Source: Bugula neritina (taxonomy: Eukaryota > Animalia > Bryozoa). Taken from it: 64,000 nt of DNA. The notes beneath the pieces are model-generated. The model did no database searches. It was not told the origin of the DNA and saw nothing but the letters and a program-made list of their open reading frames with translations. Both the position numbers and the translations under genes were made by a program. This document shows, in pieces, positions 27,276 to 51,987 of this stretch (position 1 is its first letter; the number at the start of each line of letters is the position of its first letter). Location of the stretch: positions 3,563,751 through 3,627,750 of the forward strand of contig OZ037773.1 of assembly GCA_964035545.1 (NCBI GenBank). Direction: 5' to 3'.

Positions 27276-28899
27276 TTTTGGAGGATTAATATTGTGAATA
27301 CCACACTTTGTAAAACGTAAGAACACTGAAGTGAAATATTTCAAGTGTGGGCAGGGCTACTTCCTTCTCATTAACAAGCCAACAATGTTAGTGCGCAATA
27401 GAAATGCAACGATATTGCCAAATCTATTAGTTTTCTTTTTGTAATTTATATAAAATACTTTTAAAAAAGTATATATAAATAAGATATAAATATTAAAAGT
27501 ATGTAAAAGTTTTTTGATAATTTGTTTGAATTAAATTTTAGTCTATAAACTCCACACAGCGAATTAATTTGTTGTTCTTCTGCTGGTTATAGCTTGTTGC
27601 TGTGCAACGAACGACAGTAATTTTGACTTCGTTCATTGGATGTATCAACGCGCATTGCGACTACCTTTGTTAATTCGGATGAATAGGTCCATTTAAAATT
27701 CAAAAGCGAATGCTGTAGCTTTTGTCACCCAACTCCCGTGCCATGCTAAAATAATAATTATAGTAAACTGCGAAATAGTATAAAAGTAGGTCGTCACCAG
27801 TTACGTACACGCAGCGTGCTATATGCCCTTTAACCCTTTGATTTCAAAACATTGACTCTTCAGTAACCCGGAAATTCCTGCGTAAACAATAATTCTAAAC
27901 AAGCGAACGTGACCGAAATGCGTGCAACTGTTGAAATTTTAATTATGAAAAAGTCAAAAACGTACTATATTTATTTCTATAAATTTCTATAATGTATATC
28001 ACAAGACGTTTGAAAGTTTTAGCTTTCAAATGCTAAGTAACAGTAATAATATTGGAATTGTTATAAATTATAATAATTTATAATCATATTTAGTAATTTA
28101 CTTTTAGAGTTTTAGTTTTACAAATTACATTTGCCTTAGCATTATCATTATGACAAATTTATGATAATGATCATATAAAATTGAATGTCATTATGATATT
28201 GATAATAGTCACTTTTATTATAAGTTATAGTTTTTATGAATATAATTAATTTTAAATACTTGACGGTTGTACAGTTAACACAAGTTAATTCATGTACTTG
28301 TAGCGAGTTAATACTTAACTTGCTCACTAAGAGTAACACTAACTGTAGACAGTACGAGCACCCATAACCATAATCCTAATCATAGCGTTAAAATTGATGA
28401 GTATAAGGCTAAACATAAAACGTCTGTACCAAGAAACTAGTTATAAACTCACACTCACAGTCATAGGTAGTGATAGTGATACTCAGTATGAGTATGAGTA
28501 TAACTATAAGTATAAGTATTAGTGTAGATAAGTTTCAACGTGATAAGTTACTCCTTGGTGTACACTGTATAAGTATAAGTATAATTAAATTACAGTTATT
28601 ATTTCACGTTATTATAATCATGATTATCATTCTGAATACAGAATTGCAATATAAATATTCATGATCGTATTGACTTTGTTATGAAATACAGAAATAGTTG
28701 CAACTGTAAGCCAAAAGTGTAATGTATCATGCGTGTTTTTGTATTTTGAATTATATAACTAATGGGAATCAAACTCAATTTTCGCCATGAGTATCTTATA
28801 AGTTAATCATTAGCTTTGAGTGTCCTCATTTCTTGTATATTGTAAATTATGCATAAGTTTATTTTTAGGTGTGTATGCACTTTGTAGCGTTTTAGAAGC

Positions 28900-38105
<9,206 letters not shown>

Positions 38106-38116
<11 letters not shown>

Positions 38117-38595
38117 TTGGTTACTTTACCCTCTCAGGGACAATTTGGACATGTGTTAACTCTACTGATTGGTTACTTTACCCTCTCAGGGACAGTTTGG
38201 ACATGTGTTAACTCTACTGATTGGTTACTTTACCCTCTCAGGGACAGTTTGGACATGTGTTAACTCTACTGATTGGTTACTTTACCCTCTCAGGGACAGT
38301 TTGGACATGTGTTAACTCTACTGATTGGTTACTTTACCCTCTCAGGGACAGTTTGGACATGTGTTAACTCTACTGATTGGTTACTTTACCCTCTCAGGGA
38401 CAGTTTGGACATGTGTTAACTCTACTGATTGGTTACTTTACCCTCTCAGGGACAGTTTAGACATGTGTTAACTCTACTGATTGGTTACTTCACCCTCTCA
38501 GGGACAGTTTGGACATGTTTGAACTCTACTGATTGGTTACTTTACCCTCTCAGGGACAGTTTAGACATGTGTTAACTCTACTGATTGGTTACTTT
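38106..38595. repeat. 52-bp tandem repeat (about 9.4 copies) beginning at the TRIM stop codon
   Basis: Unit AACTCTACTGATTGGTTACTTTACCCTCTCAGGGACAGTTTGGACATGTGTT; near-identical copies with no spacers. Confidence 0.97.
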
Positions 38596-40059
38596 AAATT
38601 TTGCTTATCTGTTGATGCAGTTTGAATTCAGAATTGTTTGCTCATGTGATTACACAGCGTTTTACAGTAGGCATACTGTCTAACTTTTATCATAATGCAT
38701 TTTATTTGAATATGATCTGTAGTTTATTTCAGCCATGATTATAATATTGTCTATTTTATACTCATTATACCAGTTTAAAGGAGATTTTCATGATACTTTT
38801 ATCAGCATTTTTGCTGTATCATAGAATCTGTTTGTTTTGGTTGTTTTACAAGCAGAGATCAAGCTTTTTAATGAAGATGTCTAGCTTCACCTTAACCTAT
38901 ACAATATCGCATGCCGTGTGATATACAATATCAAGCTTATGAGTGCTCAGCTTATTTAAACTTTTGGTATATTTTTATATTGCATCATTTATTTCCATTA
39001 AGTTTCTCATATTTGCATGATCCTTTTTTTAATACAAAACTTTTTTATCACAGCTAAACATAGAGATTTTAGTGGTGCAATTTGTTAGAACTTGAAAACT
39101 TTCAACTATTGTAATGTATTGTCCCCTTCCAACTAGTCTGCTCCCACCTGACTGTTTCCTCCCACAGCGTTGTTCTCTTCCCATTTAGTTAGCCCCTCCT
39201 CGCTTCAACAATAATTTTCAACCAGTAGATTGTTGAAAAGTTATCTCAATACTGTTATTAATATTATCTGGCTGTGTTTATTTTAACTTTTAAAATTAAC
39301 AATCAGAGAGTGTTTCTATCATGACATGCTGATATTGGCTACATAGTATTAACAGCATAATACTTATAAATGCTTATAGATGGAGAATGTTGTATAAAGT
39401 CACCATTTACTAACAGAGTTGGGAAATATTTTATTGTTTTCCATGGAGCTAGACTACCTTTTGGGATGTTTCCAATTACTAATAGGGTTTAGTCCATGTT
39501 ACTAACACTGAAATGCTGTGACGTGGAACTCCATTCAAATTTCAAACCTCTTCTTTGTCATCCTTAATATGAAAGATGATGACATTTATACACATTATTT
39601 TGCTAACTCAAAACATACAAATAAGATGCAAGTTTAGTGGAAGGGCACATGTATACGTTAGTGTGACTATTCCATTCACTGTACAGCTTGCTTGTTACTT
39701 GCGTGACATGGACATATCGTCTTTAACTGCTAGAATTTGCTCTTTTCTCTTCCACTTTTAGTGCTGATATTTTGGAACATTCCAGCTGACTCAAGACATC
39801 ACACCTTAATCATGTGATCTTTGTCACTGGTTCACCTGAAGTAGTCGCATGTCTCAGTTAGCTATTTCCTTCTTCCTGGTATGACTAGCAGATTTTCACG
39901 GGATTTCCCACTAGATAATAAATGGGGCACTCTAAAATGTATTGCATCATATCATGTTGCTTAAATGTATTGGATTGGGCTGTTAAGTTATCATTTTATT
40001 AAACTATCTAAACCTGAGTGGACCATTTCAAACGTTTCAAACTGCCACACAAGATTAAC

Positions 40060-43000
40060 ATGGACGGCACTCAAGAAACTCTACCAACTTATAGCCAAAG
40101 CTACTCCGAGCTTAACTATGAGGTAGGATTTATCTTCTAGTGTGTAAAGTTGAGATACAGTCTACGGTACCTAGATAGGTCTATTAATACCATATAAACT
40201 GTATATACATTAAATTTGATTTAGTGACATTTTATCACATTTTAGATTTTTATAAATAAAGTAAATAAAAAAATATAAACAGTATCTCCATAAACACATG
40301 TGCGGCACTTAATTTAATCCATAATATTTTATAATAACAAAACCTAGTGGTAGAAAATTTAGTATACATTTCATATATTTTCAACTCTAGTATTTCTGCA
40401 AGCTCTTAGTCTTTTTTGCTTTTAGTTAAAATAAAATGCTTAAAATGTGAACATAAATTTTCTATGTTAAACTATTACATGATGTTCAGTATTCCTTGTA
40501 GTCAATTTAATAGATTGCATCAGTTTAATCAGTCATCAATATAAAATCAATATTTATATTGATTTAGAACTCGCCTTCAGGAGAAACCCTGAGATATGCT
40601 GACTCAGAATCAGATGACGACAACGAGACTCAAATAGCTGCACCTCACCTGTTGACAGAGGTCAGTCTCTTTTTATATCCTGACAGCAGGTTATTTATAT
40701 GCTGCCAGCTAACTTTAACTTTTTTTGCAATTTATGCAGCTGTGATTTTGATATTCACAGTTTCACTCCTATGTGCACAGTGAGAATATCTGTTATCGTT
40801 AAGAATGGCAAGTGCTTCCTTAAGGCAGTAGTTGCTATAATTCAACATAAATGGTTTTTTGGGACTGTCAATTTGCTATAGAACAATTTGAATTTCCTCT
40901 CAATTTATTTTAGCTATTCAAGTAAATGAGTTTGCAAGTTCAATGTCTTTGCTGATGTTCATAGCATGTTGGGTTTCTATAAGTTGTGAATAAGTCAGGC
41001 TTACTTCTTTAAACCCACCAACACCCCATAGAAAACTTTTAGTACTTCTACCAGGGGCAAAGGTTACCTTTTCATTCACTTATATTAACATTTATTTAAT
41101 CTTTATTTAAAACTCACACTCTTTATAATACATAGACTTTATATTTCCAAAACCTAAATGTCAGTAGAGTTTTTTCTTACAGTTGGTGAACTACTAAATT
41201 TACAAGTTTTTATTCAACTGATTAATACTGACACATTTAGCTTTTTTAACATAACCCACACCTACCTACTGATTAGTACCCTTTTTACATCCATAAAGCT
41301 CTACAAATTTCTACTAGATAATCCAGTATATTGCTGTTTTACTGGAGACATCAAGGTAATGTCTAGTACGTGTATTGTTTGTGTTTTAAGGATGAGTCAA
41401 CCGTGGTGACTGAAAAAGAGGTTGCGAGGTCTCATCCATCTTCCAATCCACCCCCTTACACTGATCATGTAAGTACATCCACCCCTTACACTAATCATGT
41501 AAGTACATGTATTACATCCACCACTTACACTGATAATGTAAGTACATCCACCCCATACACTAATCATGTAAGTACATGTATTACATCCACCACTTACACT
41601 GATTATGTAAGTACATCCACCCCTTACGCTGATCATGTAAGTACATCCACCCCTTGCACTGATAGTGCAAGTAGGCTATATGTATTACATTCACTCCTTG
41701 CACTGATCATGTAAGTACATGTATTATATCCACTCCTTGCACCCATCATGTAAGCTACTTAGTTGTTAGTATCTACCTTTACCTTTAATTATGTATATAC
41801 ATGTATATAGATTTACCTGTTACACTTATCATGTAAGTAAATGTATTTATATCTGGCCTTTGTATACTGTACATGTATGTATTTACATTTATCTGTATAT
41901 ACTGATCATTATGTAATAGTAAGCCTAGTAGTATAGGTCACATTATCATATAATGATATTATCATATGACATATTGTTTGCATTCTTTAGGTATATCATG
42001 ATAGAGCAGATAACATTGCTGCAAACTTCCAATGGAACAATGGTGCTCATGATATGAAAAATAACTTTCATCAAAACGAAACTAAAATGTAGGTATTTGG
42101 AAAGTTTAAAAATTTTGTTTATTTTTATCTGTTCAAATACTTTGAAGCAATTGATTAAATTATTTTATTTCATTGGACCTGAAGAAAAGATTTGTTCTCA
42201 TGATGTCAACCAGTAGGTATTTAATTGACCTTCACCTTTAAGTGATGTTTGACAGCTACAATAGAACAAATAATCTAAGCTGTTTTTGTTGTCGGCAAAA
42301 GTTAAATCTGATCCTGTTATTTTGGTGCGTTTTTAATATTTTATTGAATTCTTGAAATTGTAAGCCTGTGTTCTACAGCAAAGACGAGGGCGCAGAACCT
42401 GTGCTAGATCAGAGTTCAGAAGTTCGGCGTCGCCGCTGCAGGTCAATCTCTCGCTCGAGCATGTGTGACCCCTGCTTTTGGAAAAACATGACTATTGTTG
42501 ATGCCACAGCCTACTGTGAGAAATGTGATCATTGCTATTGCATTACACATGCAAAGGTATGTGGGACTTAGTGTATTATAATTTGTATTATTGTATTATG
42601 TTATTGTATTATATTATTGTATTGTGTTATTGTATTGTATTATTGTATTGTATTATATTATTGTATTATGTTATTGTATTGTATTATTGTATTGTATTAT
42701 ATTATTGTATTATGTTATTGTATTGTATTATTGTATTAGGTTATTGTATTATATTATTGTATTATGTTATTGTATTATATTATTGTATTGTGTTATTGTA
42801 TTGTATTATTGTATTGTATTATATTATTGTATTATGTTATTGTATTGTATTATTGTATTGTATTATATTATTGTATTATGTTATTGTATTGTATTATTGT
42901 ATTAGGTTATTGTATTATATTATTGTATTATTTTATTGTATTATATTATTGTATTATTTTATTGTATTATATTATTGTATTTTTTTATTGTATTATATTA

Positions 43001-46000
43001 TTGTATTATGTTATTGTATTATATTATTGTATTATTTTATTGTATTATATTACTGTATTATGTTATTGTATTGTATTATTGTATTATTTTATTGTATTAT
43101 GTTATTGTATTATGTTATTGTATTAGATTATTGTATTATATTAATGTAACCATGTGATTATTAAGGTTTAAGGATTTTGTATAATTTCATATTTTTTCAA
43201 AATATCAGCCTAAAGCTGAATACAAAAACAGCTCCTCATATTCTAATCTAAATTTTATTTACTTAGTGAAACCTCACAGAATGTTCATTTTTAATACTGC
43301 AAACTTTAGGCTCCAATGTATATAATTTATTTCATATGTATTATTGCATGATGCAAAAAAATAATATATTTATTTTATATGTATTTACTTTAAACTGTTG
43401 TATTTATAAATCATTTTCACTGCATGTGCAGAATCAAAATAAAGTATGTATTCTGAGTGTAAATCTTTCATGCCTCAAGTTTAAACGTTATAGCTTTATA
43501 TTACTTTAACTTTACGTTAACTTTATATATTTTATTACTGTTCAACTACTTGCAGTATCACGACGAGGTACACCAACATAAAGTAATGCAGACTTCTCTC
43601 AAAAGGCACTCCGCTGTCACTCATGATGTGAGAATTGGAAATGGACGAAATGGCTTTAGAGGTATTGCAATTACATGAATATATTTCTGTCTTTTTTGTT
43701 AGGTATTGCAAATAACTGCTTTTTTGAACTTGTAGTTTAATTTGATTTCTGAAAAAATTAGTTGTTACTAGCCTATCTTTTTTGTTAAACAAATGGAATG
43801 ATTGCATGAAAATGAAACGTATTTTAATTGTTTTCTTGTTTAGATGAACAGAAAAACAGACAGCTTAATTTCGGTGGCAGTTCGCTGTCCATTGTTATCC
43901 AGCCCTCTTGTGATGTCACCAACGTATCAGGTGCTGTCGCAGGGTCCAGCCGGAACCTTTCTCACGCTGACAGTACCATAAGTCTACATCTACAGGATAC
44001 GGCCATATTGAGAAGAAATCGAGAGTCGTCTTCTTCTGGCATTCGATCTGTCGAGTCAATTTCATATGGGAGCTCAATTTCAGGGGTCGTCACAGAAGGC
44101 TGGCTTCACCATAAAAGTATGAGCTATAACATAATAACAATAATAAGAGTGTCAACATAATATAATAGCTAAACCTAAAATGTACTGTTCTAATAAAATA
44201 TAACTTTTTATAATAGACCTTAAATACAAGGTGTAATTATAGATATAAGTATAGTAAAGATTGATATACTTAAATATGCAATATGATTCAAACATTTAGT
44301 AGGATGCATTTTAATACAATAGGTATTTAGCTATAATATGATTATCTAAATAGCATTTTCATTATCTTCAACCATAAAGGATTTGTGTTAGCTTTTACCA
44401 TCCGTGATTTTTGAAACTATTTTTTTTTAAGTTAGGTGGACAGAGTGTTGATATGTGCACCTTGTCTAGCTTTAACATCGCCTCAAATTTTCAGTCAGGT
44501 TTGCATATAAGTCTTGGCTTTATATAAAGGGAGAGTGAGAAGGGGAACTATCCAAACCTATTTCAAATGTAACAATATTTTCTACATGTGGCAGTTCCTA
44601 AGGCTATGATAATCAGTCTTACTAATGCTGTGTGACACAATGTTATCTATGTTATCTAATAGGTGAGAATGTTGGAATGCAGATTGCCGTGTCAGCAAAG
44701 TTTTGGGGATTCCCAGTGTATTGGGTAGTTTACAAGTTCATAATAGTATATTAACTTAGCTAAATTGAAGCAAAGTTGAGCACCCATCTCTCTGTTTTAC
44801 AGCCACTGGCATGATAAAGGAGTACAAAGAGAAGTACTGTGTGTTGTACGGAGATGGCACTTTGCTTGGATTCCAGTCAGAAAAACCTCCTAATTTCAGC
44901 GTCAAGTTTGCCCATCTTTATCTCAATCTCAAAGGTAAGCTGCGGTTAATTTAATATATGAATTTTCATGATTAACCATTAGTTACATATGTTTCATGTT
45001 ATTACAAGTTCTTATACAGTATGTTGTATATTGAATATTACTTATGCTATGTAAGTGTAGGTTTTGTTTGATCTATATACATGTATGTTCTCTGTCAGCT
45101 AGAAGTTTTAGTAAATAACATATCCTGTTGACCTAGATAACTTACATATCCTGTTGACCTAGATAGCTTACATAGCCTGTTGACCTAGATAACTTACATA
45201 TCCTGTTGACCTAGATAAGTTCCATTGCCTGTTGACCTATATAACTTACATAGCCTGTTGACCTATATAATGCACATATCTTGCTGATCTAGATAACTTA
45301 CATAGCTTGTTAGCTTAAGTAAGTCACATATCCTGTTAACCTAGATAATGTACATAGCCTGTTAACCTAAGTAAGTCACATATCCTGTTGACCTAGATAA
45401 CTTACATATCCTGTTAACCTAAGTAAGTCACATATCCTGTTGACCTAGATAATGTACATAGCCTGTTAACTTCAGGTTTGCTCTGTTGTTTGCTACAATT
45501 TGTGTAAGAGAGATATTTTAAGTAAAGCATAACCTATTCTGATCTTGGTTTGCATATGTTAAGAGTGAAACATTCAGTGCTGCACTTACTTTGCTTACTT
45601 ACTGTACTTACTTTTCTGCAGACGCCAAGGTTGTACCCAGAGACCAGCCTGCTAAGGAAAGATCGTTCCTTGTGACGGGAATTGTTGACTACTCCAGGGA
45701 TACAAAGGAGAGAAAGTTTTATGCTTCTTCAACCAGCATCAGGTTTGTTGCACTTACTCTGTGTGTACTTACTGTGTGTACTTACAATGTGTATTACTTA
45801 CTATGTGTGTACTTACTCTGTGTGTACTTACAATGTGTATACTTACTCTGTGTGTACTTACAATGTGTATTACTTACTCTGTGTGTACTTACTATGTGTA
45901 TTACTTACTCTAGATCTGTGTGTACTTACTCTGCATGTAATTACTCTATGTATACTTACTAATATATTGTTTATACTTTATGTAATATAATATCTATATG

Positions 46001-46230
46001 ACATATTATAGAGATAGTATATTATTACACAGATACCTAACATACTAGCTCTGTAGTATATTATCTATACATTATACTATATAGATCATAGACAGCGTAC
46101 GAACTGTATAATATAATATAATTTAATATTAATTATATAACACACTATTTAAAGAAAATGCTGTGATGCTGTGTATATTTCTTTCAGACAAAGCTGGCTG
46201 CATGCAATCAACATAGTGAGTGGCACATGA
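40060..46230 (+). CDS. B-box + Akt-type PH-domain protein (no kinase domain)
   Basis: Phase-consistent exons 40060-40122, 40568-40660, 41391-41468, 41991-42088, 42379-42556 (CDPC...ATAYCEKCDHCYCITH), 43556-43661, 43844-44116 (...EGWLHHK), 44803-44934 (MIKEYKEKYCVLYGDGTLLGF), 45622-45742 (SFLV...ERKFYA), 46188-46230 (RQSWLHAINIVSGT*). Confidence 0.75.
41440..41760. repeat. 30/39-bp tandem repeat of an exon end plus its GTAAGT donor
   Basis: Unit CATCCACCCCTTACACTGATCATGTAAGTA; donors at 41469, 41499, 41538, 41568, 41607, 41637. Confidence 0.85.
42570..43145. repeat. TTGTA/TATTG low-complexity tandem repeat
   Basis: Direct reading of the sequence. Confidence 0.95.
45115..45470. repeat. 26-bp minisatellite; 15-bp TACTTACTCTGTGTG repeat at 45750-45960
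   Basis: Unit TATCCTGTTGACCTAGATAACTTACA, about 13 copies. Confidence 0.93.
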
Positions 46231-49200
46231 AGTGTCATGGGCTGTCAGCTGGTAGAGATTGGCTGAAATTTTTTCTCAGTTTATTGATTAGACGGAAGAT
46301 ATTTGCTCAAGAGCTGTTTTCTGATTGGCTGAAAACTGACCGCTCTGTTGGCTCTGCAGCCCCAATTAACTATTGGCTTACTGTGAAAGTTCTGTCTTGT
46401 ATGGTTTATATACTAATCATAGCGCCAGTAGGTACTAGTGTTCAGCCAAGGGTCAAAACTAAAGGTCGAGGCCAAAGGTCACGGTGGCCGGCTCACTAGA
46501 ACTAAGGCTATACTAATCACTGCTACTGCTACATTATTTTCCTGTTTTCTTTTTAAAGTTATTCAGCTATGCCCAAAACAGGGTTGGTTAGAACAAGGTT
46601 GTCCTGTTTTATTGACTATAAGCCACGTTATTAACCTCGCATATATGCATGTGGGTTGTAGTAATTTCAAACTTGCAGAGTATTTTGTATTCATTAAAAT
46701 AAGTAAAAGTGTGTTCCGTTCTATGTTTTTATTTATAGCTAAATATTCAACTCATGGTTCTAAACCTTTTATACACACTTTTTTAGAATATCTTTATAAT
46801 TAGCAATCTCAATGATTTCATATATAATTGTACCTCTGCATTTTATTATGCATATCAAATTGTATATTGAAATCATGTTTTTGTGTTATAAGCCGTTACA
46901 TTATATTTAGATTCTTTTTTATGTAAATTAATAATATGCAGTGAAATATATTTCTACCTGCTCTATAAACATGGTTATCTCTTTTCCACCAACTCTTGGC
47001 TAGACAAGTGGCTGGATTTTGCTAGCATAATAAATAAATACATTTATGGGATTTTATTAAAACCAGTTTTGTATTTTTTGCACTTGTATGTATTTTCACA
47101 AAACAATGTGTTAGTTAGAATCAGCAACTCTAGAGCTTTCTTATCATACAAAAAGTTGTGGTAACGGAAGATCTTAAAATGGCAAACAAATTGAATAAAA
47201 CTGATACATACAAGCAAATGTAAGGAAGCTAGAGTGCAAATTTTCAAACACACCTTGCCATAGCAATTATTCCATTCAATCAATCACTTTCACTTGGTTT
47301 AAGTTGTTAAAGAGTAGATAATCAGGTTATCAATTTAATTCCTGTGTTGGTATCACAATACAGTGAATGCAAATTGGTTCTTCTTTGTAATCACTTTTAC
47401 TACAGTTTAATGTAATTCAAGCTGCAGGTTCAACACTGGGCTATCCAATAGAAATGCATCCCTATGAGTGGTTTGCTTTGACTGTGTAACACAATTAAAT
47501 AATTTGCTTACTCTTACAGCTAGTTGTTCAAGTGATTCAATTTCTCACAAAAGACCCCCAAAATTACAAGTTCTATATAACCAATTGTTCTGTCATGTAT
47601 ACCTACCATTGTAGCATATGCAGCTTTGCTATCAAATACAGTGTGTGTTCATGCATTATAAGAACGTATAAGTCTATGTGCTTCTTGTAAGTTTATGCTT
47701 AGCATTTTCATTTTTTAATTATTATTGGTCAGATGTTACAGCTTGCTGTCACTTTCGGTAGAAAGTGACAAACTAGTGCAAGTTCCAGCTAAATATATAG
47801 GTTTTCCCAGTTTTTAACACGATAAAGAGGTTTTCTCAAGACTACAGAGATATCCCTGTGGTCTTGTTTAGTGTACTATATGGTTGAAATATATCCTATG
47901 AAGAGAAAGAGCCTGTGAGCATTAGGACGGTGTATGTAATTCTATATAGTCTCTATATAACTCACACGAAAGTTATGAGAAATGCCATGGCAAAGGCTTA
48001 AGATAGGCTTCAGACTGCTCTTCTCTCCGTGCCTGCAGTATGAATTTGACGCAAGATCTATTATGGCAATTGCTCTTCCTTGCACCACGTATGGCCTTTT
48101 CCAGAATTTGAGTCTACAACCTGCTCTATATTGTGTTTATCTGGTCGATGGTAAAAGATGCAAAAGTTTGGTTCACTTATAAGCTACTGTAATGAGTTAT
48201 TACAAACAGCATCTTACCACACATATAGACACAGGAACATCAACGTCAACGTCAATGTCAACGCTTAAATAAACTATATCACATAAAAGTTCATTTAAGC
48301 ATGTATTAAACACCATGTGATGATTTAACCTTTTATTTGTAAATCTTTGTTTTTTAATATATAATTGTAAGAATGAAATGAATACATGTATATAGTATGG
48401 TATCATAATAAATTTAATGTTAAAAAGCATTGCTGAGATCAAAAACTTTAGTCTCTCTAACAACCGGCAACATTTCATCTCTCTGAAAGAACTTTCTTTT
48501 AATTAGTTCACAAAGCCATTTAGCTTTTGTTCATTTAAGTTGAACAATTTATTTGAAAATCTTTGAAAAGGAAACAGCAGTGATGCGATATATTGTGAAT
48601 AAGAGAATCATATATTTTATCAGAATACTATTAATAACTATATACCTCAAACTAAATATTCCTTTTGTTATATAAATTCAATCGATGTGTTTATAGTAAA
48701 GTTTTTTGGTATATAAAATATGTAGGTATATTACATAATACTTTCTGTGTAAAATATATGACTATAAAGAGCCAAGTTGAATTAGAGACATGGCTGTAAA
48801 ACTATGTAATTATTGGTTTGTCCAGGAGTTTCCATTCTACAAGAAAATATTGTATCGGAAAGATTTGTGAGTCCAAAGTTTCCATAGTATTCTTCAGTAG
48901 ATAAATGGGATTTACCTAGTTCTGATGACATCCACATTCATTAAACTAATTTAACATGCGAGAACGTGAACGACTATAAAGTGATTTTGATGAAAAGTCT
49001 TATTTTTACTATTAATACCTGGAGTTTTTAAAATTTTACATTATGATACTGTCTTTCGATTACTACCATGTTGGCAAAGCTCCAAAAGCTATTCTTCAAT
49101 ATACAAGAATTTTCTAGATTACTAATGCCCTTTCATGAACCTTTGTCACTTACATATATAGGCACATTTTTCCCCTCTAGTTAAAATCAATTGAATTTGC

Positions 49201-50371
49201 TATTAGAAGTGTTTAGCGCCATTTATTTCACTTCAATGCCACCTAACAATAAATACATTATGGCAACGACTGACTCTCTTAATCCATAGCTTGCTACACT
49301 AACTTTCCTGAATAACAAAAAATGTTATACGTTTGAAAATTTCGATTGCATACGTGTGGAACCTTCCACGAAGGAAGTGGTATATTTGATATTTTTTGCG
49401 TACATGTACAGAAAACGTGACTTTCTTCCGTATGTCCAGCTTCCTGCATATTGAGCATTATTAAAAAAAGTGGTAACTTTTTAAAAAATATTCTACTACT
49501 TGGAGTAATAGTCGTTACACATTATACACATTGGAATGTAATATGGGTATTAGATGGCATGTTATACTATATAATAATTAATCACCAATAATAATAATAA
49601 TATCACAGTATAATATAAGTTACTAACAAAATGAATATACTAAAATATATATTAAGCTAAACATAATTCTGACAAGCTATGTTTGTAATAGAACATATTC
49701 TAAATTTTCTGCCACCAAGTATGTTAATACACCATATGGAGGGTAGGTGAGTCACTTATTTTAACAAGCAAAGTGTCTGGTGTACTGAGAAGATAATACA
49801 ATACTTTGCAATGCAAGAAATCTGTACAATACTTGAAATGGTGATGATAGGGGCGATATATATATGGTGATGGTAGGGACGATATGGTGATGGTAGGGGC
49901 GATATATATATGGTGATGATAGGGACGACATGGTGATGGTAGGGGCGATATGGTGCTAAGATATACAGTGACAAGACTGCTACACTAAACACAGACCAAC
50001 TAGCTACAGAAGGCAAAAATATAGTCTAGTTTTGCTGCACTTTCTTTATAAAATACTCATTTCATAATATGCTTTGTTAGAATAACTAAGGTATTCAACG
50101 TATTGTAACTAACTATTTCAATCAATTCAAATAAAATAAAAATATTTTCGTAGATAATGCTATTCTATTTGCTCATTAACACATGTCACTGTGTCTACAG
50201 TATCATTGTGTTTCAAATTCATTTCAGATCAGTTTGTGATGTAAGATGTAACAGTCAGCAGCTAGCACGGAGAGGCTGCTGAGAAACTGGAGGCAGCTGA
50301 TAAATTAGAAAAAAAGACTAGCTAACTGTCATTGACTACGAAACTGCTATTCATCTCTGAAACAAGAGATC

Positions 50372-51943
50372 ATGAGTTCGGAATGTCTTGAAACAAGAAG
50401 GCGACGAGTAAGAAATTGTTGAAATACATTTTATGTGTAATAAGTCAATTTTCATTTATAAACCAACTATTGTAATCATTGCTTATCAAATGAAATTATG
50501 AATTGTCATAAAACATTTCAGAGAAGCCTAATCTGTGATTTCAGTGCAATAACAAAAAAAAAATTAATAGTTTAAATTTCTAAATATATTTTGAATTTTG
50601 GTTTGGGGAGAGGGTTGAACTCATTTGCTCTACTTTTTATCAGAAACAGGCTTTTCCCAAAATTTCTGCATTACAGCAGCATGATCTGTGGTGTCTCCTC
50701 TGAATCTCTTGTAAGGCTATAACAGTGCATGATTTGGTCCCTATATAACCGTCTAGGTCAAGCAACGTCATTTTTAAATGTAAAATTCACACTTTATTTG
50801 TGTTTCTAGAGTTTCAGCAGTGATGAGGATGACCTTTGTGGAAATTGCAAAATAAATCACGGATTTACCCTCCATGGTGGGCATGTCTACTGCTATCAGT
50901 GCCTTGGAACACTCAGTCCAAAAGAGATAAGAAGAGCAAAAGAATCGGAGAAGAACTTTTCCTCAAAGACCATCAACCACAGGTAAGCAGCAGCCACTTT
51001 CCACGCCTTGAATTAATTGCTGTCATTGGCATGCAATATTGGTATTGCTGCAATAATTATATTCTATTTTTCTTGGTTCATATTTTGATAATTTAAATTC
51101 ATCACTTTGTCCTCATGCATATATATGACAGCCAGCTTCAATTGAATAAAAGCACAACCAAAGCACAATCGAAAATCCATCCCATACGGATTCATTCAAA
51201 TTATGGAAATGTATTAATTAAAATTGATTATTTATATATAGCCGTGAAAATCTCTTAAAACACATTTTTACTTAATGTATGAATGTAAAATTGCTTAAAT
51301 TTGTTTGTTTAATAAAAATATTTAATACAAATACTTGTAAAAAGGATGTGACGAAACAAATGCACATCGTTGCGTTTCATTTACTTCAACTACATATATA
51401 TTAACTGTGAACATTAATTGGACTCTGAGAAACTTATTGGTTTTGAGTAACCCCTTAGTTTTAACTAAGGCCCCCCAAACTCTCATCTATGCAATAAACA
51501 AATTAAAGTGTGTACTTTGTATTTATTTTCTCACACCATATTTCAAGATCATTCAACCAACTTACAAAACAGATTGTAATACGGAGTTTCTATCCTTATA
51601 TTATATTGTGTAGCCGACACTTTTTGAACACACAGTCGAGGGCACTGAGGAACAATTTATCTGCCAGCTTAGCCAGTGGTATCAACAATGCATCTCACTA
51701 TGATGAGTCTCGAAAAAGGAGATCTCAGGCTAACCAGCAGGAGGTTGTAGAGGTTGGTGTAATGAAGCTCTCTAACTACAGCAGCTTGTTCATCAAGCTA
51801 TTTACACTGTGCACTATACTACATATATATATACACTACATACACTATATTACGTATATTATATACATATATATACAATACATACACTATATACACTATA
51901 TTACGTGTATATACATATATATACACTACATACACTATATGCA

Positions 51944-51987
<44 letters not shown>

